A stretch of DNA of 64,000 nt, taken from positions 5,828,001 through 5,892,000 of the forward strand of contig NW_027139612.1 of assembly GCF_035084215.1 (NCBI RefSeq), written 5' to 3'. Origin of the DNA: Heptranchias perlo (lineage: Eukaryota). A program made the translations under genes and the position numbers. The notes under the pieces are model-generated. The model made no database searches. It was not told the origin of the DNA and was given only the letters and a program-made list of their open reading frames with translations. This document shows, piece after piece, positions 10,871-24,100 of the stretch (the stretch's first letter is position 1; each line of letters opens with the position of its first letter).

Positions 10871-11331
10871 CACCTGCCCAGGAAGTGTTTGATGGGACAA
10901 TGTAAAGGGAGCTTTACTCTGCATCTAACCCATGCTGTATCTGCCCTGGGTGTGTTTGATGGGACAATGTGGAGGGAGCTTTGGTCTGTATCTAACCCGT
11001 GCTGTATCCGCCCTTGGAGTGTTTGACGGGACAGTTGTATTGGGAGCTTTTCTCTGTATCTAACCCACGTTGCACCTGCGCTGGGAGTGTTTGATGGGAC
11101 AGTCCAGAGGAAACTTTATTCTGAATCTCACACGCACTGTACCTGCGCTGGGAGTGTTTGATGGGACAGTACAGAGGGAACTTTATTCTGTATCTCACAC
11201 GCACTGTACCTGCCCTGGGAGTGTTTGATGGGACAGTGCAGAGGGAGCTTTATTCTGTATCTCACACGTACTGTACCTGCCTTGATGGGATGGTGTGGAG
11301 AGAGATTTACTCTGCATCATACCCGTGCTGT
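10871..11331 (+). repeat. 67-bp minisatellite, second array, ~7 copies
   Basis: Unit ACCTGCCCTGGGAGTGTTTGATGGGACAGTGTAGAGGGAGCTTTACTCTGTATCTAACCCGTGCTGT, same family as 10107-10404. Confidence 0.92.
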
Positions 11332-12153
11332 GGGATTAGTTTATAATGCTCCTCACAGTCGTTGTAGGATTTGACAGAGTATAAATCAGGAAATTCGAGG
11401 GGCATGTAACAAAGGCAATGCAGTAATCGTGAGGGAATTAAATCTTCATATCGAATGGGCAAATCAAATTTTCAAAAGTAGTTTGGAGGACGATTTCATG
11501 GAATACATTCGAGATAGTTCTTTAGAACAATATTTGGAGGAACCGACTAGGGAACAGGTTATTTTAGATCTAATATTGTGTAATGTCAGTGTTAATTAGT
11601 AATCTTAGAGTTAAGGATCCTCTGGGACACAGTGATCATAATATGATAGGATTTCATATTGAGTTTGAGAGTGATGTAGTTATATCCGAAACGAGGGTCT
11701 CAAATTTAATCAAACCCAATTACGTTGTAACGAGGGGCAAGTTGGCTAAGGTAGATTGGGAAATTAGATTAAAAGATATGACAGTAGATAATCAATGGCC
11801 AACATTTCAAGAAATAATTCATAATTCCCAATGAATATACATTCCCTTGAGGAATAACAACTAGATGGAAAAAAATATTCAACCTTGGCTAACTGGAGAA
11901 GTTCAGTTTAAAGAAGAGACATGCAATGTTGCCAAAAAGAGTAGTTAGCCTGAGGATTGGGAGAGTTTTAGAAATCAGCAAAGTATGACCAAGAAATTGA
12001 TAAAAGGGAGAACATTGTATATGCAAGTAAACGTGCAAGAAATATAAAAACAGATTGTAAGAGCTCCTACAAGTATGGAAAAAGGAAGAGATTAGCGAAG
12101 GTAAACGTTGGTCCCTTAGAGGCTGACACGGGAGAAATTATAATGGGGAATAA
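11332..12153 (+). mobile_element. CR1 ORF2 endonuclease + linker fragment (decayed)
   Basis: Paralogous to 10405-10660; continues through LISNLRVKDPLGHSDHNMIGF (catalytic SDH motif), ...QPWLT..., ...KVNVGPLEADTGEIIMGN. Confidence 0.88.
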
Positions 12154-12467
12154 TTTCAAAATTTGCAGATCACACAAAGCTTGCAAGTATAGTAAAGAGT
12201 GAGGAGGATAGTAATAGACTTCAAGAGGACATAGACAGGCTGATGAAATGGGCGGACACATGGAACATGAAATTTAACGCAGAGAAGTGAAACATCTTGG
12301 CAGGAAGAATGAGGAGAGGCAATGTAAACTAAATGGCACAATTCTAAAGGGGGTGCAGGAACAGAGAGACCTGGGGTTGTATGTACACAAATCTTTGAAG
12401 GTTGCAGGACTGGTTGAGAAACCGGTTTAAAATTATAGAGGCATAGAGTATAAAAACAAGGAGGTTG
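12154..12467 (+). mobile_element. CR1 reverse-transcriptase fragment (decayed)
   Basis: SKFADHTKLASIVKSEEDSNRLQEDIDRLMKWADTWNMKFNAEK (mutated FADDTK motif)...GVQEQRDLG...RGIEYKNKEV. Confidence 0.88.
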
Positions 12468-13480
12468 TTTACATAGGAACACGAGGAGGCTGTTCAGCCT
12501 CTGGAACCTGTTACGCAGTAACAGCAGGAGACCATTCAGCCCCTCAAGCCCATGACACAGGAACAGGAGTAGCCATTCAGCCCCTCAAACCTGTTACACA
12601 GGAACAGGAGGAGGCCGTTCAACCCCTCGAGCCTGTTACACAGGAACAGGAGGAGGCCATTCAGTCCATCGAGCCGTTTACACAGAACAGGAAGAGGCCT
12701 TTCAGCCCCTCGAGCCTGTTATACAGGAAGAGGAGAAGGCCATTCAGCGACTGTAATATGTTTTGTAGAAACAGGAGGAGGCCATCAAGACCATCGGTCC
12801 TGTAACACAGGAACAGAAAAAGGCCATTCAGTGCGTCGAGCCTGTTACACTGTAACAGCAGGGGAACATTCAATCTATTGAACCTTTAACTCAAGAACAG
12901 GAGCAGGCCATTCAGCCCCTGGAGTCTGTTACATAGGAACAGGAGGAGGCCATTCAGCCCCTGGAGTCTGTTACATAGGAACAGGAGGAGGACATTCAGC
13001 CCCTGGAGTCTTTTACACAGGAGCAGGAAGAGGACATTCAGCCCCTGGAGTCTGTTACACAGGAACAGTAGGAGGCCATTCAGCCCCTGGAGTCTGTTAC
13101 ATAGGAACAGGAGGAGGCCGTTCAGCCCGTGAAGCCCGTGACATAGGAACAGGAGGAGGTCATTCAGCCCCTCGAGCCTGATACATAGGAAAGTAAGGAG
13201 ATCATTCGGCCCCTCGAGTCTGTTATACAGGAACAGGAGGAGGCAAGTCAGCCCCAGGAAAGTTTTACTTTGGAACAGGAGGAGGCCATTCAGCCCCACC
13301 TGCCTGACACATCGTAACAGTTGGAGGCCATTCCTCCCCTCGAACCTGTTGCACAGAAACAGGAGGAGGCCATTCTGCCCCTGGAGCCTGTTACGTAGGA
13401 ACAGGAGGAGGCAATTCAGCCCCTCGAGGAAATGATTTTAAATAAGACGAGGTCATTCAACCCCTCGAGCGTGTTACACA
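12467..13480 (-). repeat. 42-bp CR1-tail minisatellite, ~24 copies, inverted relative to 6186-9266
   Basis: Plus strand reads GTTACACAGGAACAGGAGGAGGCCATTCAGCCCCTCGAGCCT, the reverse complement of the first array's unit. Confidence 0.92.
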
Positions 13481-13481
13481 T

Positions 13482-13831
13482 CAGAAGCAGACTTCAGGAG
13501 GACATAGACAGATTGTTGAAATGGGCAGACACAAGACAGATGCAATTTTACACGGATAAGTGTGAAGTGATGCACTTTGGGTGGAACAACATGGAGAGAC
13601 AGGATAATCTAAATGGTATTTTGAGGGAGGTGGAAGAACAGAGGGACCTGGGGGCGCATATTCACAAATCTTTGAAGGTGACAGGACAAGTTGGTAATGC
13701 GGTTTAGAAAGCGCCTGAGATAATTGGCTTTGCAAATAGGGACATTGAATACAAAAACAAGGAAGCCATGCTAAACCTTTACAAATCACTGGTTCGGCCC
13801 CAGCTAGAGTATTGTGTACAATTCTGGGCAC
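13482..13831 (+). mobile_element. CR1 reverse-transcriptase fragment truncated by the 30-bp satellite
   Basis: RLQEDIDRLLKWADTRQMQFYTDKCEVMHFG...EVEEQRDLGAHIHKSLKV...[29 protein letters not shown]| then satellite. Confidence 0.92.
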
Positions 13832-15139
13832 ATCTGCGGGCACACGTGTTTGCGTCGGCACATCTGCAGGCACACGTGTTTGCGTCCGCACATCTGCATG
13901 CACATGTGTTTGCGTCCGCACATCTGCGGGCACAGGTGTTTGTGTCCGCACATCTGCAGGTACACTTGTTTGCGTCCGCACATCTGCGGGCACACGTGTT
14001 TGCGTCCGCACATCTGCTGGCACACGTGTATGCGTCCGCACATCTGCGGGCACGCGTGTTTGCGTCCGCACATCTGTGAGCACACGTGTCTGCGTCCGCA
14101 CATCTGCAGGCACACGTGTTTGCGTCCGCACATCTGCACGCACACGTGTTTGCGTCCGCACATCTGCAGGCACACGTGTTTGCGTCCGCACATCTGCACG
14201 CACACGTGTTTGCGTTCGCACATCTGCGGGCACACATTCTTGCATCCGCACATCTGTAGGCACAAGTTTTTGCGACCGCAGAGCTGCACGCAAACGTGTT
14301 TGCATCCTCACATCTGCGAGCAAACGTGTTTGCGTCTGCACATCTGCTGGCACACGTGTTTGCGTCCGCACATCTGCGGGCACATGTGTTTGCGTCCGAA
14401 CATCTGCGGGCACACGTATTTGCGTCCGCACATCTGAACACACACGTGTTTGCGTCTGCACGTCTGCGGGTACACGTGTTTGCGTCCGCACATCTGCGGG
14501 CACATGTGTTTGCGTCGGCACATCTGATTGCACACGTGTTTGCGTCCGCACATCTGCGGGCACACGTGTTTTCGTCCACACATCGGCACGCACACGTGTT
14601 TGCGTCCGCACATCTGTGGGCACACGTGTTTGTGTCCGCACAACTGCTGGTACACGTGTTTGCGTCCGCACATATGCGGGCACACGTGTTTGCGTCCGCA
14701 CATCTGCGGGTAAACGTGTTTGCGTCCGCACATCTGCGGGCACCCGTGTTTGCGTCGGCACATCTGCGGGCACATGTGTTTGCGTCCGCACATCTGATTG
14801 CACACGTGTCTGCGTCCGCAAATCTGCGGGCACACGTGTTTGCGTCCGCACATCTGCGGTTAAATATGTTTGCGTCCGCACATCTGCGGGCACCCGTGTT
14901 TGCGTCGGCACATCTGCGGGCACCCGTGTTGGCGTCCGCACATCTGCGGGCACACGTGTTTGCGTCCGCACATCTGCGGGCACACGTTTTTGCGTCCGCA
15001 CGTCTGCAGGCACACGTTTTTGCGTCGGCAGATCTGCACGCACACGTGTTTGCGTCCTCACTTCTGCGGGCACACGTCTTTGCGTCCGCACATCTGCGGG
15101 CACACGTGTTTCCGTCAGCACACCTGCGGGCAGACGTGA

Positions 15140-18100
15140 TTGCGTCCGCACATCTGCGGGCACACGTGTTTGCGTCCGGACATCTGCGGGCACACTTGTT
15201 GGCATCCTCACATCTGTACACACGTGTTTGCGTCCGCACATCTGCACTCACACTTGTTTGCGTCCGCAGATCTGCACGCACATATGCTTGCATCCGTATA
15301 TCTGCAGGCACACGTTTTTGCGTCCGCAGACCTGCACGCACACGTGTTCGCGTTCGCACATCTGCAGTCACACGTGTTTGCGTCCGCAGATCTGCACGCA
15401 CACGTGCTTGCATCCGCACATCTGCGGGCCCACGTGTATGCATCCGCACATCTGCTGGCACACGTGTTTTCGTCCGCACATCTGCGGGCACATGAGTTTG
15501 CGTCCGCACATCTGCGGGCACACGTGTTTGCGTCCGCACATCTGAACGCACACGTGTTTGCGTCTGCACGTCTGCGGGTACACGTGTTTGCGTCCGCACA
15601 TCTGCGGGCACATGTGTTTGCGTCGGCACATCTGATTGCACACGTGTTTGCGTCCGCACATCTGTGGGCACACGTGTTTTCGTCCGCACATCTGCACGCA
15701 CACGTATTTGCGTCCGCACATCTGCGGGCACACGTGTTTGTGTCCGCACAACTGCTGGTACATGTGTTTGCGTCCGCACAACTGCTGGTACATGTGTTTG
15801 CGTCCGCACATTTGCGGGCACACGTGTTTGCGTCCGCACATCTGCGGGCACACGTGTTTGCGTCCGCACATCTGCTAGCACACGTGTTTGCGTCCGCACA
15901 TCTGCGGGCACACGTGTTTGCGTCCGCACATCTGCCGGCACACGTGTTAGCGTCCCCACATCTGCGGGCACACATTATTGCGTCCGCACAGCTGCGGGCA
16001 CACGTGTTTGCGACCTCACTTCTGCGGGCACACGTGTTTGCGTCGGCACAACTGTGGGCACACGTGATTGCGTCCGCACATCTGCGGGCACACGTGTTTG
16101 CGTCCGCACATCCGCGGGCACACGTGTTTGCGTCCGCACGTCCGCAGGCACACGTGTTTGCGTCCGCAGATCTGCACGCACACGTGTTTGCGTCCTCACA
16201 TCTGCGGGCTCACGTGTTTGCGTCCGCACATCTGCAGGCACACGTGTTCGCGGTCGCACATCTGCAGTCAAACGTGTTTGCGTCCGCAGATCTGCACGCA
16301 CACGTGCTTGCGTCCGCACTTCTGCGGGCCCACGTGTATGCATCCGCACATCTGCTGGCACACGTGTTTGCGTCCGCACATCTGCGGGCACACGTGTTTG
16401 CGTCTGCACATCTGCGGGCACACGTGTTTGCATCCGCATATCTGAACGCACAGGTGTTTGCGTCCGCACATCTGCGGGCACACCTGTTTGCGTCCGCACA
16501 TCTGCGGGCACATGTGTTTGCGTCCGCACATCTGCGGGCACACGTGTTTGCGTCCGCACATCTGCGGGTAAACGTGTTTGCGTCCGCACATCTGCAGGCA
16601 CCCGTGTTTGCGTCGGCACATCTGCGGGCACATGTGTTTGCGTCCGCACATCTGATTGCACACGTGTTTGCGTCCGCACATCTGCGGGCACACGTGTTTG
16701 CGTCCGCACATCTGCGGGTAAACGTGTTTGCGTCCGCACATCTGCGGGCACATGTGTTTGCGTCGGCACATCTGATTGCACACGTGTTTGCGTCCGCACA
16801 TCTGCGGGCACACGTGGTTCGTCCGCACATCTGCACGCACACGTGTTTGCGTCCGCACATCTGCGGGCACACGTGTTTGTGTCCGCACAACTGCTGGTAC
16901 ATGTGTTTGCGTCCGCACATCTGCGGGCACACGTGTTTGCGTCCGCACATCTGCGGGCACACGTGTTTGCGTCCGCACATCTGCTAGCACACGTGTTTGC
17001 GTCCGCACATCTGCGGGCACACGTGTTTGCGTCCGCACATCTGCTGGCACAAGTGTTAGCGTCCCCACATCTGCGGGCACACATTCTTGCGTCCGTACAG
17101 CTGCGGGCACACGTGTTTGCGTCCTCACTTCTGCGGGCACACGTGTTTGCGTCGGCACAACTGTGGGCACACGTGATTGCGTCCGCACATCTGCGGGCAC
17201 ACGTGTTTGCGTCCGCACATCCGCGGGCACACGTGTTTGCGTCCGCACGTCCGCAGGCACACGTGTTTGCGTCCGCAGATCTGCACGCACACGTGTTTGC
17301 GTCCTCACATCTGCGGGCTCACGTGTTTGCGTCCGCACATCTGCAGGCACACGTGTTCGCGGTCGCACATCTGCAGTCAAACGTGTTTGCGTCCGCAGAT
17401 CTGCACGCACACGTGCTTGCGTCCGCACTTCTGCGGGCCCACGTGTATTCATCCGCACATCTGCTGGCACACGTGTTTGCGTCCGCACATCTGCGGGCAC
17501 ACGTGTTTGCGTCTGCACATCTGCGGGCACACGTGTTTGCGTCCGCACATCTGCGGGCACATGTGTTTGCGTCCGCACATCTGCGGGCACACGTGCTTGC
17601 GTCCGCACATCTGCGGGTAAACGTGTTTGCGTCCGCACATCTGCGGGCACCCGTGTTTGCGTCGGCACATCTGCGGGCACATGTGTTTGCGCCCGCACAT
17701 CTGATTGCACACGTGTTTGCGTCCGCACATCTGCGGGCACACGTGTTTGCGTACGCACATCTGCGGGTAAACGTGTTTGCCTCCGCACATCTGCGGGCAC
17801 CCGTGTTTGCGTCGGCACATCTGCGGGCACCCGTGTTTGCGTCCGCACATCTGCGGGCACACGTGTTTGCGTCCGCACATCTGCGGGCACACTTTTTTGC
17901 GTCCACACGTCTGCAGGCACACGTTTTTGCGTCCGCACATCTGCGGGCACACGTGTTTTCGTCAGCACATCTGCGGGCAGACGTGATTGCGTCCGCACAT
18001 CTGCGGGCACACGTGTTTGCGTCCGCACATCTGCACTCACATTTGTTTGCGTCCGCAGATCTGCACGCACACATGCTTGCATCCGTATATCTGCAGGCAC

Positions 18101-21100
18101 ACGTTTTTGCGTCCGCAGACCTGCACGCACACGTGTTCGCGTTCGCACATCTGCAGTCACACGTGTTTGCGTCCGCAGATCTGCACGCACACGTGCTTGC
18201 ATCCGCACATCTGCGGGCCCACGTGTATGCATCCGCACATCTGCTGGCACACGTGTTTGCGTCCGCACATCTGCGGGCACATGAGTTTGCGTCCGCACAT
18301 CTGCGGGCACACGTGTTTGCGTCCGCACATCTGAACGCACACGTGTTTGCGTCTGCACGTCTGCGGGTACACGTGTTTGCGTCCGCACATCTGCGGGCAC
18401 ATGTGTTTGCGTCGGCACATCTGATTGCACACGTGTTTGCGTCCGCACATCTGCGGGCACACGTGTTTTCGTCCGCACATCTGCACGCACACGTATTTGC
18501 GTCCGCACATCTGCGGGCACACGTGTTTGTGTCCGCACAACTGCTGGTACATGTGTTTGCGTCCGCACAACTGCTGGTACATGTGTTTGCGTCCGCACAT
18601 TTGCGGGCACACGTGTTTGCGTCCGCACATCTGCGGGCACACGTGTTTGCGTCCGCACATCTGCTAGCACACGTGTTTGCGTCCGCACATCTGCGGGCAC
18701 ACGTGTTTGCGTCCGCACATCTGCTGGCACACGTGTTAGCGTCCCCACATCTGCGGGCACACATTCTTGCGTCCGCACAGCTGCGGGCACACGTGTTTGC
18801 GTCCTCACTTCTGCGGGCACACGTGTTTGCGTCGGCACAACTGTGGGCACACGTGATTGCGTCCGCACATCTGCGGGCACACGTGTTTGCGTCCGCACAT
18901 CCGCGGGCACACGTGTTTGCGTCCTCACGTCCGCAGGCACACGTGTTTGCGTCCGCAGATCTGCACGCACACGTGTTTGCGTCCTCACATCTGCGGGCTC
19001 ACGTGTTTGCGTCCGCACATCTGCAGGCACACGTGTTCGCGGTCGCACATCTGCAGTCAAACGTGTTTGCGTCCGCAGATCTGCACGCACACGTGCTTGC
19101 GTCCGCACTTCTGCGGGCCCACGTGTATGCATCCGCACATCTGCTGGCACACGTATTTGCGTCCGCACATCTGCGGGCACACGTGTTTGCGTCTGCACAT
19201 CTGCGGGCACACGTGTTTGCATCCGCATATCTGAACGCACAGGTGTTTGCATCCGCACATCTGCGGGCACACCTGTTTGCGTCCGCACATCTGCGGGCAC
19301 ATGTGTTTGCGTCCGCACATCTGCGGGCACACGTGTTTGCGTCCGCACATCTGCGGGTAAACGTGTTTGCGTCCGCACATCTGCAGGCACCCGTGTTTGC
19401 GTCGGCACATCTGCGGGCACATGTGTTTGCGTCCGCACATCTGATTGCACACGTGTTTGCGTCCGCACATCTGCGGGCACACGTGTTTGCGTCCGCACAT
19501 CTGCGGGTAAACGTGTTTGCGTCCGCACATCTGCGGGCACATGTGTTTGCGTCGGCACATCTGATTGCACACGTGTTTGCGTCCGCACATCTGCGGGCAC
19601 ACGTGGTTCGTCCGCACATCTGCACGCACACGTGTTTGCGTCCGCACATCTGCGGGCACACGTGTTTGTGTCCGCACAACTGCTGGTTCATGTGTTTGCG
19701 TCCGCACATCTGCGGGCACACGTGTTTGCGTCCGCACATCTGCGGGCACACGTGTTTGCGTCCGCACATCTGCTAGCACACGTGTTTGCGTCCGCACATC
19801 TGCGGGCACACGTGTTTGCGTCCGCACATCTGCTGGCACAAGTGTTAGCGTCCCCACATCTGCGGAAACACATTCTTGCGTCCGTACAGCTGCGGGCACA
19901 CGTGTTTGCGTCCTCACATCTGCTGGCACAAGTGTTAGCGTCCCCACATCTGCGGAAACACATTCTTGCGTCCGTACAGCTGCGGGCACACGTGTTTGCG
20001 TCCTCACTTCTGCGGGCACACGTGTTTGCGTCCGCACGTCCGCAGGCACACGTGTTTGCGTCCGCAGATCTGCACGCACACGTGTTTGCGTCCTCACATC
20101 TGCGGGCTCACGTGTTTGCGTCCGCACATCTGCAGGCACACGTGTTCGCGGTCGCACATCTGCAGTCAAACGTGTTTGCGTCCGCAGATCTGCACGCACA
20201 CGTGCTTGCGTCTGCACTTCTGCGGGCCCACGTGTATTCATCCGCACATCTGCTGGCACACGTGTTTGCGTCCGCACATCTGCGGGCACACGTGTTTGCG
20301 TCCGCACATCTGCGGGCACACGTGTTTGCGTCCGCACATCTGCTAGCACACGTGTTTGCGTCCGCACATCTGCGGGCACACGTGTTTGCGTCCGCACATC
20401 TGCTGGCACAAGTGTTAGCGTCCCCACATCTGCGGGCACACATTCTTGCGTCCGTACAGCTGCGGGCACACGTGTTTGCGTCCTCACTTCTGCGGGCACA
20501 CGTGTTTGCGTCGGCACAACTGTGGGCACACGTGATTGCGTCCGCACATCTGCGGGCACACGTGTTTGCGTCCGCACATCCGCGGGCACACGTGTTTGCG
20601 TCCGCACGTCCGCAGGCACACGTGTTTGCGTCCGCAGATCTGCACGCACACGTGTTTGCGTCCTCACATCTGCGGGCTCACGTGTTTGCGTCCGCACATC
20701 TGCAGGCACACGTGTTCGCGGTCGCACATCTGCAGTCAAACGTGTTTGCGTCCGCAGATCTGCACGCACACGTGCTTGCGTCCGCACTTCTGCGTGCCCA
20801 CGTGTATTCATCCGCACATCTGCTGGCACACGTGTTTGCGTCCGCACATCTGCGGGCACACGTGTTTGCGTCTGCACATCTGCGGGCACACGTGTTTGCG
20901 TCCGCACATCTGCGGGCACATGTGTTTGCGTCCGCACATCTGCGGGCACACGTGCTTGCGTCCGCACATCTGCGGGTAAACGTGTTTGCGTCCGCACATC
21001 TGCGGGCACCCGTGTTTGCGTCGGCACATCTGCGGGCACATGTGTTTGCGCCCGCACATCTGATTGCACACGTGTTTGCGTCCGCACATCTGCGGGCACA

Positions 21101-24100
21101 CGTATTTGCGTACACACATCTGCGGGTAAACGTGTTTGCCTCCGCACATCTGCGGGCACCCGTGTTTGCGTCGGCACATCTGCGGGCACCCGTGTTTGCG
21201 TCCGCACATCTGCGGGCACACGTGTTTGCGTCCGCACATCTGCGGGCACACTTTTTTGCGTCCACACGTCTGCAGGCACACGTTTTTGCGTCCGCACATC
21301 TGCGGGCACACGTGTTTTCGTCAGCACATCTGCGGGCAGACGTGATTGCGTCCGCACATCTGCGGGCACACGTGTTTGCGTCCGCACATCTGCACTCACA
21401 TTTGTTTGCGTCCGCAGATCTGCACGCACACATGCTTGCATCCGTATATCTGCAGGCACACGTTTTTGCGTCCGCAGACCTGCACGCACACGTGTTCGCG
21501 TTCGCACATCTGCAGTCACACGTGTTTGCGTCCGCAGATCTGCACGCACACGTGCTTGCATCCGCACATCTGCGGGCCCACGTGTATGCATCCGCACATC
21601 TGCTGGCACACGTGTTTGCGTCCGCACATCTGCGGGCACATGAGTTTGCGTCCGCACATCTGCGGGCACACGTGTTTGCGTCCGCACATCTGAACGCACA
21701 CGTGTTTGCGTCTGCACGTCTGCGGGTACACGTGTTTGCGTCCGCACATCTGCGGGCACATGTGTTTGCGTCGGCACATCTGATTGCACACGTGTTTGCG
21801 TCCGCACATTTGCGGGCACACGTGTTTTCGTCCGCACATCTGCACGCACACGTATTTGCGTCCGCACATCTGCGGGCACACGTGTTTGTGTCCGCACAAC
21901 TGCTGGTACATGTGTTTGCGTCCGCACAACTGCTGGTACATGTGTTTGCGTCCGCACATTTGCGGGCACACGTGTTTGCGTCCGCACATCTGCGGGCACA
22001 CGTGTTTGCGTCCGCACATCTGCTAGCACACGTGTTTGCGTCCGCACATCTGCGGGCACACGTGTTTGCGTCCGCACATCTGCTGGCACACGTGTTAGCG
22101 TCCCCACATCTGCGGGCACACATTCTTGCGTCCGCACAGCTGCGGGCACACGTGTTTGCGTCCTCACTTCTGCGGGCACACGTGTTTGCGTCGGCACAAC
22201 TGTGGGCACACGTGATTGCGTCCGCACATCTGCGGGCACACGTGTTTGCGTCCGCACATCCGCGGGCACACGTGTTTGCGTCCGCACGTCCGCAGGCACA
22301 CGTGTTTGCGTCCGCACATCTGCACGCACACGTGTTTGCGTCCTCACATCTGCGGGCTCACGTGTTTGCGTCCGCACATCTGCAGGCACACGTGTTCGCG
22401 GTCGCACATCTGCAGTCAAACGTGTTTGCGTCCGCAGATCTGCACGCACACGTGCTTGCGTCCGCACTTCTGCGGGCCCACGTGTATGCATCCGCACATC
22501 TGCTGACACACGTGTTTGCGTCCGCACATCTGCGGGCACACGTGTTTGCGTCTGCACATCTGCGGGCACACGTGTTTGCATCCGCATATCTGAACGCACA
22601 GGTGTTTGCGTCCGCACATCTGCGGGCACACCTGTTTGCGTCCGCACATCTGCGGGCACATGTGTTTGCGTCCGCACATCTGCGGGCACACGTGTTTGCG
22701 TCCGCACATCTGCGGGTAAACGTGTTTGCGTCCGCACATCTGCAGGCACCCGTGTTTGCGTCGGCACATCTGCGGGCACATGTGTTTGCGTCCGCACATC
22801 TGATTGCACACGTGTTTGCGTCCGCACATCTGCGGGCACACGTGTTTGCGTCCGCACATCTGCGGGTAAACGTGTTTGCGTCCGCACATCTGCGGGCACA
22901 TGTGTTTGCGTCGGCACATCTGATTGCACACGTGTTTGCGTCCGCACATCTGCGGGCACACGTGGTTCGTCCGCACATCTGCACGCACACGTTTTTGCGT
23001 CCGCACATCTGCGGGCACACGTGTTTGTGTCCGCACAACTGCTGGTACATGTGTTTGCGTCCGCACATCTGCGGGCACACGTGTTTGCGTCCGCACATCT
23101 GCGGGCACACGTGTTTGCGTCCGCACATCTGCTAGCACACGTGTTTGCGTCCGCACATCTGCGGGCACACGTGTTTGCGTCCGCACATCTGCTGGCACAA
23201 GTGTTAGCGTCCCCACATCTGCGGAAACACATTCTTGCGTCCGTACAGCTGCGGGCACACGTGTTTGCGTCCTCACTTCTGCGGGCACACGTGTTTGCGT
23301 CGGCACAACTGTGGGCACACGTGATTGCGTCCGCACATCTGCGGGCACACGTGTTTGCGTCCGCACATCCGCGGGCACACGTGTTTGCGTCCGCACGTCC
23401 GCAGGCACACGTGTTTGCGTCCGCAGATCTGCACGCACACGTGTTTGCGTCCTCACATCTGCGGGCTCACGTGTTTGCGTCCGCACATCTGCAGGCACAC
23501 GTGTTCGCGGTCGCACATCTGCAGTCAAACGTGTTTGCGTCCGCAGATCTGCACGCACACTTGCTTGCGTCCGCACTTCTGCGGGCCCACGTGTATTCAT
23601 CCGCACATCTGCTGGCACACGTGTTTGCGTCCGCACATCTGCGGGTACACGTGTTTGCGTCTGCACATCTGCGGGCACACGTGTTTGCGTCCGCACATCT
23701 GCGGGCACATGTGTTTGCGTCCGCACATCTGCGGGCACACGTGCTTGCGTCCGCACATCTGCGGGTAAACGTGTTTGCGTCCGCACATCTGCGGGCACCC
23801 GTGTTTGCGTCGGCACATCTGCGGGCACATGTGTTTGCGCCCGCACATCTGATTGCACACGTGTTTGCGTCCGCACATCTGCGGGCACACGTGTTTGCGT
23901 ACGCACATCTGCGGGTAAACGTGTTTGCGTCCGCACATCTGCGGGCACCCGTGTTTGCGTCGGCACATCTGCGGGCACCCGTGTTTGCGTCCGCACATCT
24001 GCGGGCACACGTGTTTGCGTCCGTACATCTGCGGGCACACTTTTTTGCGTCCACACGTCTGCAGGCACACGTTTTTGCGTCGGCACATCTGCGGGCACCC

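Noticed and set aside
10405-13831. Single full-length or active CR1 element
   Set aside because: Fragments are redundant (two EN and two RT copies), the central RT is missing, the catalytic FADD is mutated to FADH, and there are multiple stops and frameshifts
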